32,587 nucleotides of DNA, from assembly GCF_001194135.2 (NCBI RefSeq), contig NC_069005.1, positions 19,818,032-19,850,618 of the forward strand. Reading direction: 5' to 3'. The notes below the pieces were generated by a model that searched no databases, had not been told where the DNA came from, and saw only the letters and a program-made list of their open reading frames with translations. The translations under genes and the position numbers were made by a program. This DNA comes from Octopus bimaculoides (lineage: Eukaryota). Below, piece after piece: positions 19,661 to 31,275 of the stretch; the first letter of the stretch is position 1, and every line of letters begins with the position of its first letter.

Positions 19661-20519
19661 TCTGAATAAACAGTGTATAGTTTTCCCATGGTTTTGTAGA
19701 ATATTCTAGTTAGAATAGAAGTCTTCATGTTGATCCCTACTGATCCATGTTTATCCTTTCTTTGTTGTATTAATCCTTTCAGTCATCAAGTGTTGCCATC
19801 TCCCATATAATGATACTCTTGTGTGTGGGAATGTTAGGGTGCAGTTGGTTCTTGAGGACTGTGCGTGGGGTGGCTCCAGTTTGGCAAGGAGTGCCATAGA
19901 CTTCAAGTACTATATTAAAGCATGAGAGACTTCAATATCGGTAGTGTGGCATTGTAGGTTTGTCTGCTTACTTACTGAGTTCAAAACCTGGATAAAAGAA
20001 GGTAACAAAAAACAATGGTGAGAGGAGGGAAGGGAGTATCAGTTGACAAAATAAATACTGGGAATATACTTGGGATTGTGTCAGTTCAGTAGACACATCT
20101 TCCCTCCACTTCATCTAGCATAAATTGGCCTTGTGCCTAAGAAGACAACACATACACATGTGTGTGCATGCGCTCACTATGTGTGTATGTGAAGGTGTAT
20201 ATCTATATTTGTGAGAGAGTGAGTATGTGTGTGTGTGTGTCTGTAAATACATACACAATATCAATAGTAATAATGATGATTTCTTAGATTAGTGCAAGGC
20301 CACACAGTTTTGGGAAAGGTTTTAATGTGAAAAACAAAAATGTGAAAATTCACTCTGACAAGGACTTAGACACACACAAACACGCGTGTGTGTATATATA
20401 TATGTGTGTGTGTGTGTGTATAAATCCTGCAAGTCATCCCAGTACATGACTGGTACCGAAAGGTTAACTCTGGTTCTAGCTGTGTCTAAACTCACTCAGA
20501 GAATCGAGTCTAAAGATAG

Positions 20520-20613
20520 ATTATGAAACATACAAATCTGGTGCTTCACTGTTTTTTACCAACTGCTCCTCCCACATACGTTGGCCCATTGCCTAAATAT
20601 GAAACCACGTCTG
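20520..20613 (+). CDS. Weak candidate exon containing PTAPPTYVGPLPKYETTS
   Basis: Open frame (ORF 20523..20708) with clustered CpGs, PTAP/PPTY/LPKY motifs and donor CTG|GTAACC at 20614 (phase 1). The only usable acceptor (AG 20518-20519) lacks a pyrimidine tract. Confidence 0.25.
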
Positions 20614-21134
20614 GTAACCTTGACGACAGTACTCAAGCATCCCTGCTTTCTTGTTTGTTTGTTTGTTTTATTTCTTTCTTTGTTATTTTCTCCTGGTATT
20701 TCTGTTAGTCTAAAATATATATGTATATATATATAGATAATAAATGAATACATAAAGATATAAAACTAACAATGAAATGGTGAATATCTCTCCAAGAAAG
20801 TCCGGCCAGTTTTGTTGGCTTTTACTGCTGATCTCTTCTTTGAGAGACAATGTTCTTTGGTATGAGATGAATGGGTGCAGCTGCTGGGAAGCTGAAAATT
20901 TGGCGTCACTGACTGAATATTGGAACCTGCTTTGATGACAGTATTTTTTTCACACTTGGAACCAAACACTCACATGCACATACCTGAATGTATGCACAAA
21001 AATATACACATACAAACAGAGAAAACTGAGAGAGAGATAGAGAGAGGAAGACATTACAATTTATTGACTGAACACAATTGACATAAAAACTTTCCTTTGC
21101 TTCTTATGCACAAAGACAAAATATGCCCACTCTT

Positions 21135-21395
21135 TATAGTAATTGGCACCAGGAGGGGCATCCAGCCATGAAAACTATGCCAAAACAGAGCTCACCAGTG
21201 CTGGTGCCATGTGAAAAGTACCCAGTCCACTCTGTAAAGTAGGTGGTGCTGAGAAAGGCATCTAGCCATAAAAATCATGCCAAATCAACTAGTGGAGCTT
21301 GGTGCAGGTCTCTGTCTTGCCAGCTTCTTTCAAGCTGTCCAACCCACGTCTGCATGGAAAACAGATGTTAAATCATGAGGATAATGATGAGGAAA
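21135..21395 (+). mobile_element. (GAT)n-tail family copy with internal partial duplication
   Basis: ggcatccagccatgaaaactatgcc occurs twice in variant form; ends gtccaacccacgtctgcatggaaaacagatgttaaatcatgaggataatgatga. Confidence 0.75.
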
Positions 21396-21783
21396 CTCAC
21401 ACATATAAACCAAGAGAGAGGGAGGGGGGTTAAAATGTCTTATGCCAAATAAGTCAGCAATGCCAAATAGGTGGCACCAGTGTGGCTGTACCAAAACGTC
21501 TCATAACCAGTTTTCTTGTTACTAAAATACTTGATGTCAATCTAAAGATTTCAAGATTAATCTGCATTGTAGAGACATTTTGTGTTCTATGTTCAATATT
21601 CTTGTTCTTGTTGTGTTTAGTTTAGTTTTAATGTATGGTAGTTTAGTTGTGTTTAATTAACCAAGCTTATTGTAGCTGGGGTGGCTGTTCTGGTCCTCTG
21701 GACAGCAAGGAGCCCCTCTTACTGAATGGCTTCAAATCAAGCAAAAGAATGTAATATATATGTATATGCGTGTGTCTTTATGT

Positions 21784-21827
<44 letters not shown>

Positions 21828-22030
21828 GCATGTCTGTGTGTCTGTGAACACACATGTATGTATGTATGTGTATGTGAACAAATGAAAGTAGCACTCAACA
21901 CATTTTGTTGGTCTTACATGTATTTAATAGAATTTTACTCAGTTCTACATTACTCAAAATTTCATGGGTATAGAACACATCCATATCACCAGATGTATAC
22001 ATGTGTCTCTGTGTGTATGTATATATATAT

Positions 22031-22105
<75 letters not shown>

Positions 22106-22125
22106 CTGATGTTTCTTTTTTACAG

Positions 22126-22265
22126 GTTCATATAAAACTCCAGAGTTTTGCCTCTGTAAACCTTTTTCAGACTTGAAAAAGCCTCCAGAGGCAAAGCTTG
22201 CTGCTTTTTTAACAACTATGTATAATAAATCTGACTCTAATTCCAGTATTAAGTCCTTTCATTAG
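22126..22265 (+). CDS. Candidate exon (phase 1 start): (G)[45 protein letters not shown]
   Basis: Strong acceptor gatgtttcttttttacAG (22124-22125) followed by a 45-codon open frame. Phase-compatible with the 20613 donor. The 3' boundary is uncertain (stop 22263-22265 or internal donors). Confidence 0.3.
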
Positions 22266-22440
22266 TAAATGTCTGTTGGTATTAATAGCATACACCCCCC
22301 CACCCACAGATATAACGAGAGAGGTATGTTTGTGTCTGTGTATGCACATATATATATAATGAGGTGGGGGTTCATTCATGTGAGCATGCATTATTTGAAT
22401 CTGTGCGTTAATTGCTTGTGTATAATTTTATATAAAGTTA

Positions 22441-22489
<49 letters not shown>

Positions 22490-22656
22490 TTCTCTGTTAT
22501 TATCTATGTAAACAGTGTACATTTGTATAGGCATTGACGTACTTCTGTATGTGTGTTCATTTGTGCAACAATTAACATCACCTTTGTATAGATACACAGC
22601 ATGCACATGTCATAGACATATATAGCATGCAACATCACACCAATGTACACACAAAC

Positions 22657-22700
<44 letters not shown>

Positions 22701-22787
22701 TGTGTGTGTGTCCAGTTCTAAAAACTTTGTCTCAAGAAATTTACACTGACCCCTGAGAGAATGGAAAATTGGCTGTTAGAATGATAT

Positions 22788-22844
22788 TGATGGTGAGTAG
22801 CTAGTACTGCACTGATGAGATTTAATTGAATGAAACCACCATCA
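22788..22844 (+). ncRNA. Hammerhead-ribozyme-like motif, type III topology (possibly defective)
   Basis: TGATGGTGAGT-A | GCTAGTACTGCA | CTGATGA | GATTTAATTGAAT | GAAA-CCACCATCA. Both core boxes are intact, with a GUA triplet and a 10-bp helix III with one bulge. Helices I and II each have one nucleotide out of register. Confidence 0.45.
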
Positions 22845-23299
22845 CCCACCCATGGATATTATGGACTACACTGTAATCATCCCAGAAATACAGACAGTGA
22901 TCTTAAGAGACATGTGATTTGTGGAAATGCATCAAATGTTTATGAATTCCATCCAAGGATTATTATTATCATTATTATTATATACATATGTATGTATATG
23001 TGGTATATCTGCTCCTGTTATGCTAAAAACTCCACATAGATTATCACATTCACTAGTTCTCTGTAACTTAATGCAATAAAGTGATCCCTGGTGATCTGTT
23101 CTGGTTGAGCATCCAAATGCACTTGGACTGCCCAATCCAGGTTCCAATCAACTGTAATGCTAAGGCGTATGCAGGAACTAATAATATAAATGTATGTTTA
23201 CCTTAATTTTGCACACACACACACACACACGCGCGTGCGCACGCACATTTAAGTATTTGTTTTGGAAGATTCTTGATATGAGATTGTGTGACCATGGAG

Positions 23300-23570
23300 G
23301 TGATGACAAGTAGCTGAGACTCCTGGCGATTTGCTGTGCTTGAGAAGACATGTCAAACTAAGTGAAATCATGGTTGTGGCCAGTGCTAGTAAGATGTAAA
23401 AGGCACCCATGCCAGTGACATGTAACAGAATGGCTGGAAGGACATCCAGCCATAGAAACCAAGTCAAAACAGACTGGAGCCTGGAGCAGCTTTCTGGCTT
23501 ACCAGCTCTAGTCAAACCATCCAACCCATATCAGCATGAAAAAACAGACGTTAAATGATGATAATGATTT
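23300..23570 (+). mobile_element. (GAT)n-tail family copy, longer 5' extent
   Basis: ggaaggacatccagccatagaaacc...ctggagcctggagcagc...tccaacccatatcagcatgaaaaaacagacgttaaatgatgataatga. Confidence 0.8.
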
Positions 23571-23956
23571 ATGTTGTTTATGCATTGAGGGAATATGACT
23601 GTTAAATCTTACAGGTCAAGTAGCCACATAGAAACTCCCTTGTTTCCATGATGATGATGCTGATGATATCAACAAAGTACCTCAATGATCAAATTAGATT
23701 CGGCCCACACTTGCTGTTGTGAAAATAATGGTGTTAACATTCACCACCAAGCTATATGCCTGTTCTTGTGCATCTATCAATGCTTCTAATATGCTAATGT
23801 GTAATATTCCTGTGTGTGTTTCTATATGTCTTGTGTTTATGTATGTGTGTGAATCTGTAAGCTAGTCTGTTTATCTATATTTCTGTCTGCCTGGATATGT
23901 CTATGTGCCTATCCATTTCTGTCTCTCTCTCTCTCTCCCTATTTCCTCTTCCTCGC

Positions 23957-24003
<47 letters not shown>

Positions 24004-24321
24004 GTGTCTCTTTATATCTCACCATCTTTCTCTGTCTTGTTGTTTCTGTCTGTCTGTCTCTTTAATCTCCCCCATCTGTCTGCCAGCAATAATGTGTAAC
24101 TTTTAGTTGAAAACTTTGTGCTTATGTACTACTACCACTAGTAGTAGTTAGTAGTATTACTAGTAGTAATAATAATATTATTGCTACAACTCTACTATAA
24201 CTTATAAGCTTAAGTTCTGTAGTTACTGTTGTTTTTAGCCCCTGGTCAGCCTGGATGCTCCAGCTGGGACCATCCCATTTGCTTATACATTCAGGTACTA
24301 CATTGCTCAATGTGTTCTTCC

Positions 24322-24990
24322 TAGGCTTTGGCTGCTACTTTTAGTAAATATTGCAGCCATATAGAGGCTCCCTACCAAAAGTACTCCAGCTGGGACCACC
24401 CCATATACTTAAATATACAGGGACTATATTGGCCATTGTGNNNNNNNNNNNNNNNNNNNNNNNNNNNNNNNNNNNNNNNNNNNNNNNNNNNNNNNNNNNN
24501 NNNNNNNNNNNNNNNNNNNNNNNNNNNNNNNNNNNNNNNNNNNNTTAGTAAATATTGCAGCCATATAGAGGCTCCCTACCAAAAGTACTCCAGCTGGGAC
24601 CACCCCATATACTTAAATATACAGGGACTATATTGGCCATTGTGTAATCTTTTTTTTAAATAGTAGGCTATGGCTGCTGTTTCTAGTAAATATTGCAACA
24701 TATAGAGGCTCCCTACCAAAAGTACTCCAGCTGGGACCACCCCATATACTTAAATATACAGGGACAATATTGGCCATTGTGTAATTTCTTTTTTAAATAG
24801 TAGGCTATGGCTGCTGTTTCTAGTAAATATTGCAGCCATATAGAGGCTCCCTACCAAAAGTACTCCAGCTGGGACCACCCCATATACTTAAATATACAGG
24901 GATTATATTGGCCATTGTATAATTTTTTTTTTAAATAGTAGGCTATGGCTGCTGTTTCTAGTAAATATTGCAGCCATATAGAGGCTCCCT
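24322..24990 (+). repeat. Tandem array of a 137-138 bp unit (at least 4 copies, spans an N gap)
   Basis: Unit starts tagtaaatattgcagccatatagaggctccct at 24342, 24546, 24684, 24821 and 24959 (periods 138, 137, 138 after the gap), with very few differences between copies. Confidence 0.93.
24441..24544. other. Assembly gap inside the tandem array
   Basis: Ns. Confidence 1.
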
Positions 24991-25289
24991 CATTGGTCTG
25001 TAGGTTGTTATGGTTGGCGACAGTAGTGTTGATGTTAGTATTTATTACTGTTAAGAGGAGCTTTGTTGCTGTTTATATCGATTACTGAGCCTGGAAGAAT
25101 GAGAGAATGGGGGTGGCCAGGTGTGGCCTTCTCACGACTAATTTGGTATGTAACCAGAGTTGCTGGTGCACCACTTCCTACAGAGGCAGAAGAGGAGGGG
25201 GGGATACACAGAAGAGAAGATAAAGATATACATGTGTGTGTACACCTATATACATATGTGCATGTATGTATGTGTGTGCATATATATAT

Positions 25290-25647
25290 NNNNNNNNNNN
25301 NNNNNNNNNNNNNNNNNNNNNNNNNNNNNNNNNNNNNNNNNNNNNNNNNNNNNNNNNNNNNNNNNNNNNNNNNNNNNNNNNNNNNNNNNNNNNNNNNNNN
25401 NNNNNNNNNNNNNNNNNNNNNNNNNNNNNNNNNNNNNNNNNNNNNNNNNNNNNNNNNNNNNNNNNNNNNNNNNNNNNNNNNNNNNNNNNNNNNNNNNNNN
25501 NNNNNNNNNNNNNNNNNNNNNNNNNNNNNNNNNNNNNNNNNNNNNNNNNNNNNNNNNNNNNNNNNNNNNNNNNNNNNNNNNNNNNNNNNNNNNNNNNNNN
25601 NNNNNNNNNNNNNNNNNNNNNNNNNNNNNNNNNNNNNNNNNNNNNNN
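25290..25647. other. Assembly gap (N run)
   Basis: Ns. Confidence 1.
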
Positions 25648-25932
25648 GCCTTGAACTACAAGTATTTTTATGCACAGAAATAGGTACGCTCGCACACATA
25701 CACATACACAAACATTCATGCATATACACTTACACATATCTTTTTTTATAAGCACCAAGTATTATATGCACACAAACAAGCACCTATACATATACATGTA
25801 TACATACTTAAATTTATATATCCACGAGTGTCACACAACCTGCACTTATGTTGACATGTGAGCTTTCTATATCATCATCATCATCAACATCACCTGAAAT
25901 TCCATCTGAATATTCACCAGTTCTTCATAATC

Positions 25933-25964
<32 letters not shown>

Positions 25965-26153
25965 TTACATCAGCAACATGAAGTTCACACGTTGATGCTG
26001 GTATGATGTTGAATTACCTGCAATATGTGTGATACTAAATATGCATGCACATGTGTATGTGTGTGTGTGTGTGTGTGTGTAATAACATACCTACAATGTT
26101 GCTGCAGTATATTCCAATATACACATAACATAGGCACAAGTATGTGTGTGTGT

Positions 26154-26197
<44 letters not shown>

Positions 26198-26523
26198 GCA
26201 CATACATATATACAAGACCGAAAGAAAGATAAGATATGCATGCTCACTTCCTATCAAATACACATGCATTCACCTACTTGCTCGCATATACACACTTTTT
26301 CCTTGCTTATGCACACATACACACACACACACTTTGAGTATATGAAGGGCTTGAAAGTTCCTTTACATTCCATTCTGTTTTGATCAACACAAGCCCTTAA
26401 TTCAGAACCTCTCAGACTTCAAAAGCTTTTGTGCCACATATCTCAATGTGTGTGTATGTACAGATACATACTTACACACAAGCACACACATACATGAGCT
26501 GTGCTAGTTGTTGGTGGTTGTTT

Positions 26524-26748
26524 TTGTTAACCCCAGGTCAACCTTGGTCAAGCAGGCCTATGATCAAAGGCAATCTACCCCTGACAAACTGCATTTTTTG
26601 TTGACATAATGTATCTTAATACAACATTATCCAATGTGTTATTCATTTTTTTTTCTTGTTAAAGATTAGTGGTAGGGTGTAGTTTGAGGATGGTCAGGCT
26701 GCTGTTACTGGGAAATCATATGTCCACCTAAAGGCTCTGTCATTGGTG
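26524..26748 (+). mobile_element. Unclassified dispersed repeat (family 4), parent of the 138-bp tandem unit
   Basis: ttaaccccaggtca...tgatcaaaggca...acattatccaatgtg...ggctgctgttact...aaaggctctgtcattgg. Homologous to 24232-24373, 30180-30265 and 31140-31275. Confidence 0.65.
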
Positions 26749-26843
26749 ACTGAGGATATTTCAAGTGTGTCGTTTTCACCTGGATTGGTTTGGTAAATAA
26801 AACCTGAAGAGGAATATCATACTGGAATAATACTGCATCTGGA

Positions 26844-26898
<55 letters not shown>

Positions 26899-27161
26899 GT
26901 GTTGGAGTATTTATGAAATCTCTGCTTTTTGTATTTATTTATTTATTTTTTGAGTAGCAGAATTTTGTTACATGTTTCGTTTGTACACACATATATAGAT
27001 ATATATGTGCACGCACACACACACACACACAAACACATGTATATACACATGCACACACACACACATGTATATACGCATGCATGCATGCATGCGTGTATGT
27101 ATGTGTGCTCAGTTTTAGATTAAGTTTTCAACTTTGGTGTGTAGTTGGGAAGAATAGTAGA

Positions 27162-27192
<31 letters not shown>

Positions 27193-27343
27193 AGAGAGAA
27201 ATTTGGGGGTGATGGAAGGGGGTAGGGCGAACAGGTACATACACACACAGATAGACATATACAGTACATAGGTTGATGCAAAGAGAGATAGGTAGAGAAA
27301 CAGAGAGAAGACAGAGAGAGATAATTCAGGTAGAAAGGATGAT

Positions 27344-28079
27344 NNNNNNNNNNNNNNNNNNNNNNNNNNNNNNNNNNNNNNNNNNNNNNNNNNNNNNNNN
27401 NNNNNNNNNNNNNNNNNNNNNNNNNNNNNNNNNNNNNNNNNNNNNNNNNNNNNNNNNNNNNNNNNNNNNNNNNNNNNNNNNNNNNNNNNNNNNNNNNNNN
27501 NNNNNNNNNNNNNNNNNNNNNNNNNNNNNNNNNNNNNNNNNNNNNNNNNNNNNNNNNNNNNNNNNNNNNNNNNNNNNNNNNNNNNNNNNNNNNNNNNNNN
27601 NNNNNNNNNNNNNNNNNNNNNNNNNNNNNNNNNNNNNNNNNNNNNNNNNNNNNNNNNNNNNNNNNNNNNNNNNNNNNNNNNNNNNNNNNNNNNNNNNNNN
27701 NNNNNNNNNNNNNNNNNNNNNNNNNNNNNNNNNNNNNNNNNNNNNNNNNNNNNNNNNNNNNNNNNNNNNNNNNNNNNNNNNNNNNNNNNNNNNNNNNNNN
27801 NNNNNNNNNNNNNNNNNNNNNNNNNNNNNNNNNNNNNNNNNNNNNNNNNNNNNNNNNNNNNNNNNNNNNNNNNNNNNNNNNNNNNNNNNNNNNNNNNNNN
27901 NNNNNNNNNNNNNNNNNNNNNNNNNNNNNNNNNNNNNNNNNNNNNNNNNNNNNNNNNNNNNNNNNNNNNNNNNNNNNNNNNNNNNNNNNNNNNNNNNNNN
28001 NNNNNNNNNNNNNNNNNNNNNNNNNNNNNNNNNNNNNNNNNNNNNNNNNNNNNNNNNNNNNNNNNNNNNNNNNNNNNNN
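27344..28079. other. Assembly gap (N run)
   Basis: Ns. Confidence 1.
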
Positions 28080-28100
28080 TTTATACGTGTATATACACAC

Positions 28101-28151
<51 letters not shown>

Positions 28152-28197
28152 TGACACACACACATGCTGCATACATACATGCTTGTGTGTGTGTGTA

Positions 28198-28246
<49 letters not shown>

Positions 28247-28550
28247 CCACACATACACACACACACACACACAATACATGTATATATCCTTGCATGTATG
28301 TGTATATTTCTATACCCATGTGCATATAGGTGTGTATGTGTGTGCATTTAATATTTAGGTGTGTGTATGTATATAGATTTTTATGTGTATATATTATGTG
28401 TGTGTTTCTACATTTATGTGTATGTAAATTTATATTTGTGTATGTATGTACATTTATATTTATGTATATTTTTATGTATATGTATATTTATGTATGTTCC
28501 CATGTATGTATATATATGTGTGTGTGTGTTTTTATGTTGGTCATATTTAT
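28080..28550. repeat. TA/TG/CA microsatellite field (one of many; others near 10000-10200, 12190-12300, 14400-14560, 22010-22100, 22440-22490, 25700-26330, 26850-27110)
   Basis: Directly visible; source of the YI/CV/HT pseudo-ORFs. Confidence 0.95.
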
Positions 28551-28640
28551 TTACAAATTATCTACATCTCTGCCTCTATCCCAAGGCTATTAATAACTTT
28601 GCTGAAAAGTCTCACTAAAGTCCCTCTCCTCTTCCCTTAG

Positions 28641-28671
<31 letters not shown>

Positions 28672-28900
28672 NNNNNNNNNNNNNNNNNNNNNNNNNNNNN
28701 NNNNNNNNNNNNNNNNNNNNNNNNNNNNNNNNNNNNNNNNNNNNNNNNNNNNNNNNNNNNNNNNNNNNNNNNNNNNNNNNNNNNNNNNNNNNNNNNNNNN
28801 NNNNNNNNNNNNNNNNNNNNNNNNNNNNNNNNNNNNNNNNNNNNNNNNNNNNNNNNNNNNNNNNNNNNNNNNNNNNNNNNNNNNNNNNNNNNNNNNNNNN
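28672..28900. other. Assembly gap (N run)
   Basis: Ns. Confidence 1.
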
Positions 28901-28902
28901 AT

Positions 28903-28940
<38 letters not shown>

Positions 28941-29758
28941 CTGTATTTAATTTTCCTAAGGGTTTTACCTTTGTTTTTCCCCTTCCTACCTATTCCACCC
29001 CCTACATTTACAGTACAATTTCTTTTATTTCACTAGCACTCCTCCACATGCACACGTTTCTTCCACCCCACCCTGTTGTCATTGCTACTAATATTGAATC
29101 CCTTTTTTTTTTTTTACCCTACCTTAAGATTAGTTGGGTCCATAAAATGGCCAGAATTATCCCCCAGTTAATTCTGAAACATTTTTTTTCTGTCTTCTCA
29201 TTCTTCCTTTTATTTTTTGTTTTTGCGACATCTTAAATAAAAGGGTGAGAGAAAGAGAGAGACAGACAAATAGAGACAGAGATAAAGAGAGATAGACAAA
29301 GAGAGACAGACATAGAGATAATGATAGAGAGAGAAAGTGAAATTGAGATAAAAAAAAGACAGAGAAACATGGAGAAAGGGAGAAAGATAAAAGAGTTTTT
29401 AATTAGCCGACTTCTTCATTTGACCTTGGTGTCAAGGTTTTTTACTTATTTTAATCTCTTCAGTTTCCAGATTTTTCTTTTGCATCTTCATCTCTTCACT
29501 TTTCCTTTCTTTTTCCCTTTTCCTACCTTCTTTCTTTCTTTCATTATTTTCTTTTCCACCGTTCTTTAATCATCTTTTTCTTTTCTTTCTTTTCCTAAAT
29601 TCTAACCATTTCTCCATGCCAACCTCATCTCCCTGTACACCCTTCATCTTTAACTTCTTCATAAACTTTTTGAATATTCAGTGAAGATATTGCTACCCAT
29701 CTTATTCTTCATCTTTTCATTAGAAATTCTTATTTCTTTTCAAATTTTTCTCTCCTAG

Positions 29759-29798
29759 ACTCTTTGATTCTGCTAGCTTGCCATCTTATGATGTCTGA
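29759..29798 (+). CDS. Weak candidate terminal coding exon (phase 2 start): LFDSASLPSYDV*
   Basis: Very strong acceptor aatttttctctcctAG (29757-29758), short frame ending TGA 29796-29798, phase-compatible with the 18070 donor. It lies in a pyrimidine-rich region where such acceptors arise by chance. Confidence 0.2.
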
Positions 29799-29870
29799 AT
29801 ATTAATGTCACTTAACTCAATTCTATTAGTTTGTTGCCTTGATAATGATAATAACCATAATAATCCGTTC

Positions 29871-29997
29871 TGCTATAGGCACATGGTCTGAAATTTAGTG
29901 GGAGGGAATACTGACTCCAATCCTTGACATATTTTAGTGACTATGAAAGGATGAAAGGCAAAGTCAACATCAGTGGCATTTGAGCTTGGAATGTAAA
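29871..29997 (-). mobile_element. SINE family 1 truncated copy
   Basis: gaaaggatgaaaggcaaagtcaacatcagtggcatttgagc plus tail remnant. Confidence 0.7.
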
Positions 29998-30179
29998 TCT
30001 GGAATAAGGACTAGATGTTCTAGGAAATTAGCTGCAGTTGACTATGATCCTGTCCAGGGAGATGTGAGGTTTATCTCTTCCTCCATTCAGGGATATTTGT
30101 GATATATTCTAAAACTGGCATTGGTTTCATTTGAAGCTTAGAAATACAATAATATCAGAGACAGTCTGCTACACATGTT

Positions 30180-30265
30180 GCTTAGTCTCAGATCAGCCCA
30201 TGGTCCAGAAGATCTGTGATCACAAAAGCATTCCAGCTGTAGCCATCCTGTCTTCTTTCAAACTT
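30180..30265 (+). mobile_element. Family 4 repeat, 5' part
   Basis: tagtctcagatcagccc...tgtgatcacaaaagcattccagctgtagccatcc. Confidence 0.55.
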
Positions 30266-30361
30266 TATATAGTTGAAGCTGCCTATTATAAAAAGATGTA
30301 TTTATTTCTGTTTTTGAATTGATGAGTCTGGAGATTCATGTGAGATTTGGTACGATTCCAT

Positions 30362-30724
30362 TTAACCCTTTAGCTTTCAGATTATTTTGTCACATTGACT
30401 CAGAGTGGTTGGCGTTAGGAAGGGCGTCCAGCTGTAGAAACTTTGCCAGATCGGATTGGAGCCTGGTGCAGCCTTTTGGCTTGCCAGCCCTCAGTCAAAC
30501 TGTCCAACCCATGCCAGCATGGAAAGTGAACGTTAAACGACAATGATGATGATGATGTTTTTAATTAATTAGGCATTATCTTGCAGCTTCAATGTTTCAA
30601 TGATTATATTGTTTATTTTTAGAGTGATACTGTAGAGTAGGTGTGAGAGACTGGATCTGACCAGTTTGAGTGTAAAACAGAAAATTTGAGCTGGAGGTGA
30701 TTGATTTAAATGCTAATGGGTTAA
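30362..30724. mobile_element. piggyBac-type MITE A interrupted by a retroposon
   Basis: TTAA-CCCTTTAGC...tttaaatgctaatGGG-TTAA. The interior matches 4275-4494 once 30398-30557 is removed. Confidence 0.85.
30398..30557 (+). mobile_element. Young (CpG-retaining) (GAT)n-tail retroposon copy inserted inside a piggyBac-type MITE
   Basis: gagtggttggcgttaggaagggcgtccagctgtagaaac...cgttaaacgacaatgatgatgatgatg interrupts the MITE sequence seen intact at 4275-4494. Confidence 0.85.
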
Positions 30725-30949
30725 GCTGTTGCATGTTAACACATGCGAGAAAGACATGAGCAGGGAGAATATTCCAGAGGGAATAGTGTTCTGGATGGGG
30801 AGCAGGGACTGGTCATAGTAGTTTATGTGGTGCTGAGTGCATGAGGTTGTGCAACAAGGATGTCAATAAGTGGAGAGAGAAGTGGGTCAGGAGTGTTTGA
30901 GGGGAAGAAGACCAGGCAGATCTGAGGAACAGAGGCCATTATAGCAGTG

Positions 30950-31090
30950 ATAGGAAACAGTGTACCTGTGGGCTTTGGTGACTTCAGTGTGCCTGTTAAC
31001 TGTTTACAGTCAATCAGTTGAGTACACCCCTGGCACTTTAGATGCAGTCCAGCATGTGCATAGGAGATGCACCATCCTTGATGTTACCAG
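30950..31090 (+). pseudogene. Decayed CR1/L2-type LINE APE-endonuclease fragment
   Basis: GFGDFSVPVN (GDFS at 30977-30988) resembles the GDFN motif, and QHVHRRCTILDVT (31050-31088) resembles QHV..PTH..G..LDLV. The two are in different frames. Confidence 0.4.
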
Positions 31091-31139
31091 CCAGTTATTT
31101 TTATCAAAGAGAATCTTCTTACCTAAGTGATAATATAAA

Positions 31140-31275
31140 CAGCTTCTGTTGTTTATCTAGGACTACATTATCCAATATATCCTTTTTTTTTCAGACAGTA
31201 AGCTGTGTGGTTTGAGAGAAATTTAGCTGCTATTTATAGCAGAGCAAGTAACTACATAAAGACTCACCCATTATA
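31140..31275 (+). mobile_element. Family 4 repeat, 3' part
   Basis: tatctaggactacattatccaat...tttagctgctatttatagcag...aaagactcaccc. Confidence 0.6.

Noticed and set aside
20766-20969. Minus-strand 67-aa ORF
   Set aside because: No convincing splice sites or motifs; length within chance expectation.
24322-24990. CRISPR-like array
   Set aside because: Contiguous 137-138 bp units without unique spacers, eukaryotic context, no cas genes.
26341-26400. Tiny MITE with AAGGGCTTG/CAAGCCCTT ends
   Set aside because: Only 9 bp of complementarity; at most a decayed solo mariner-like TIR.
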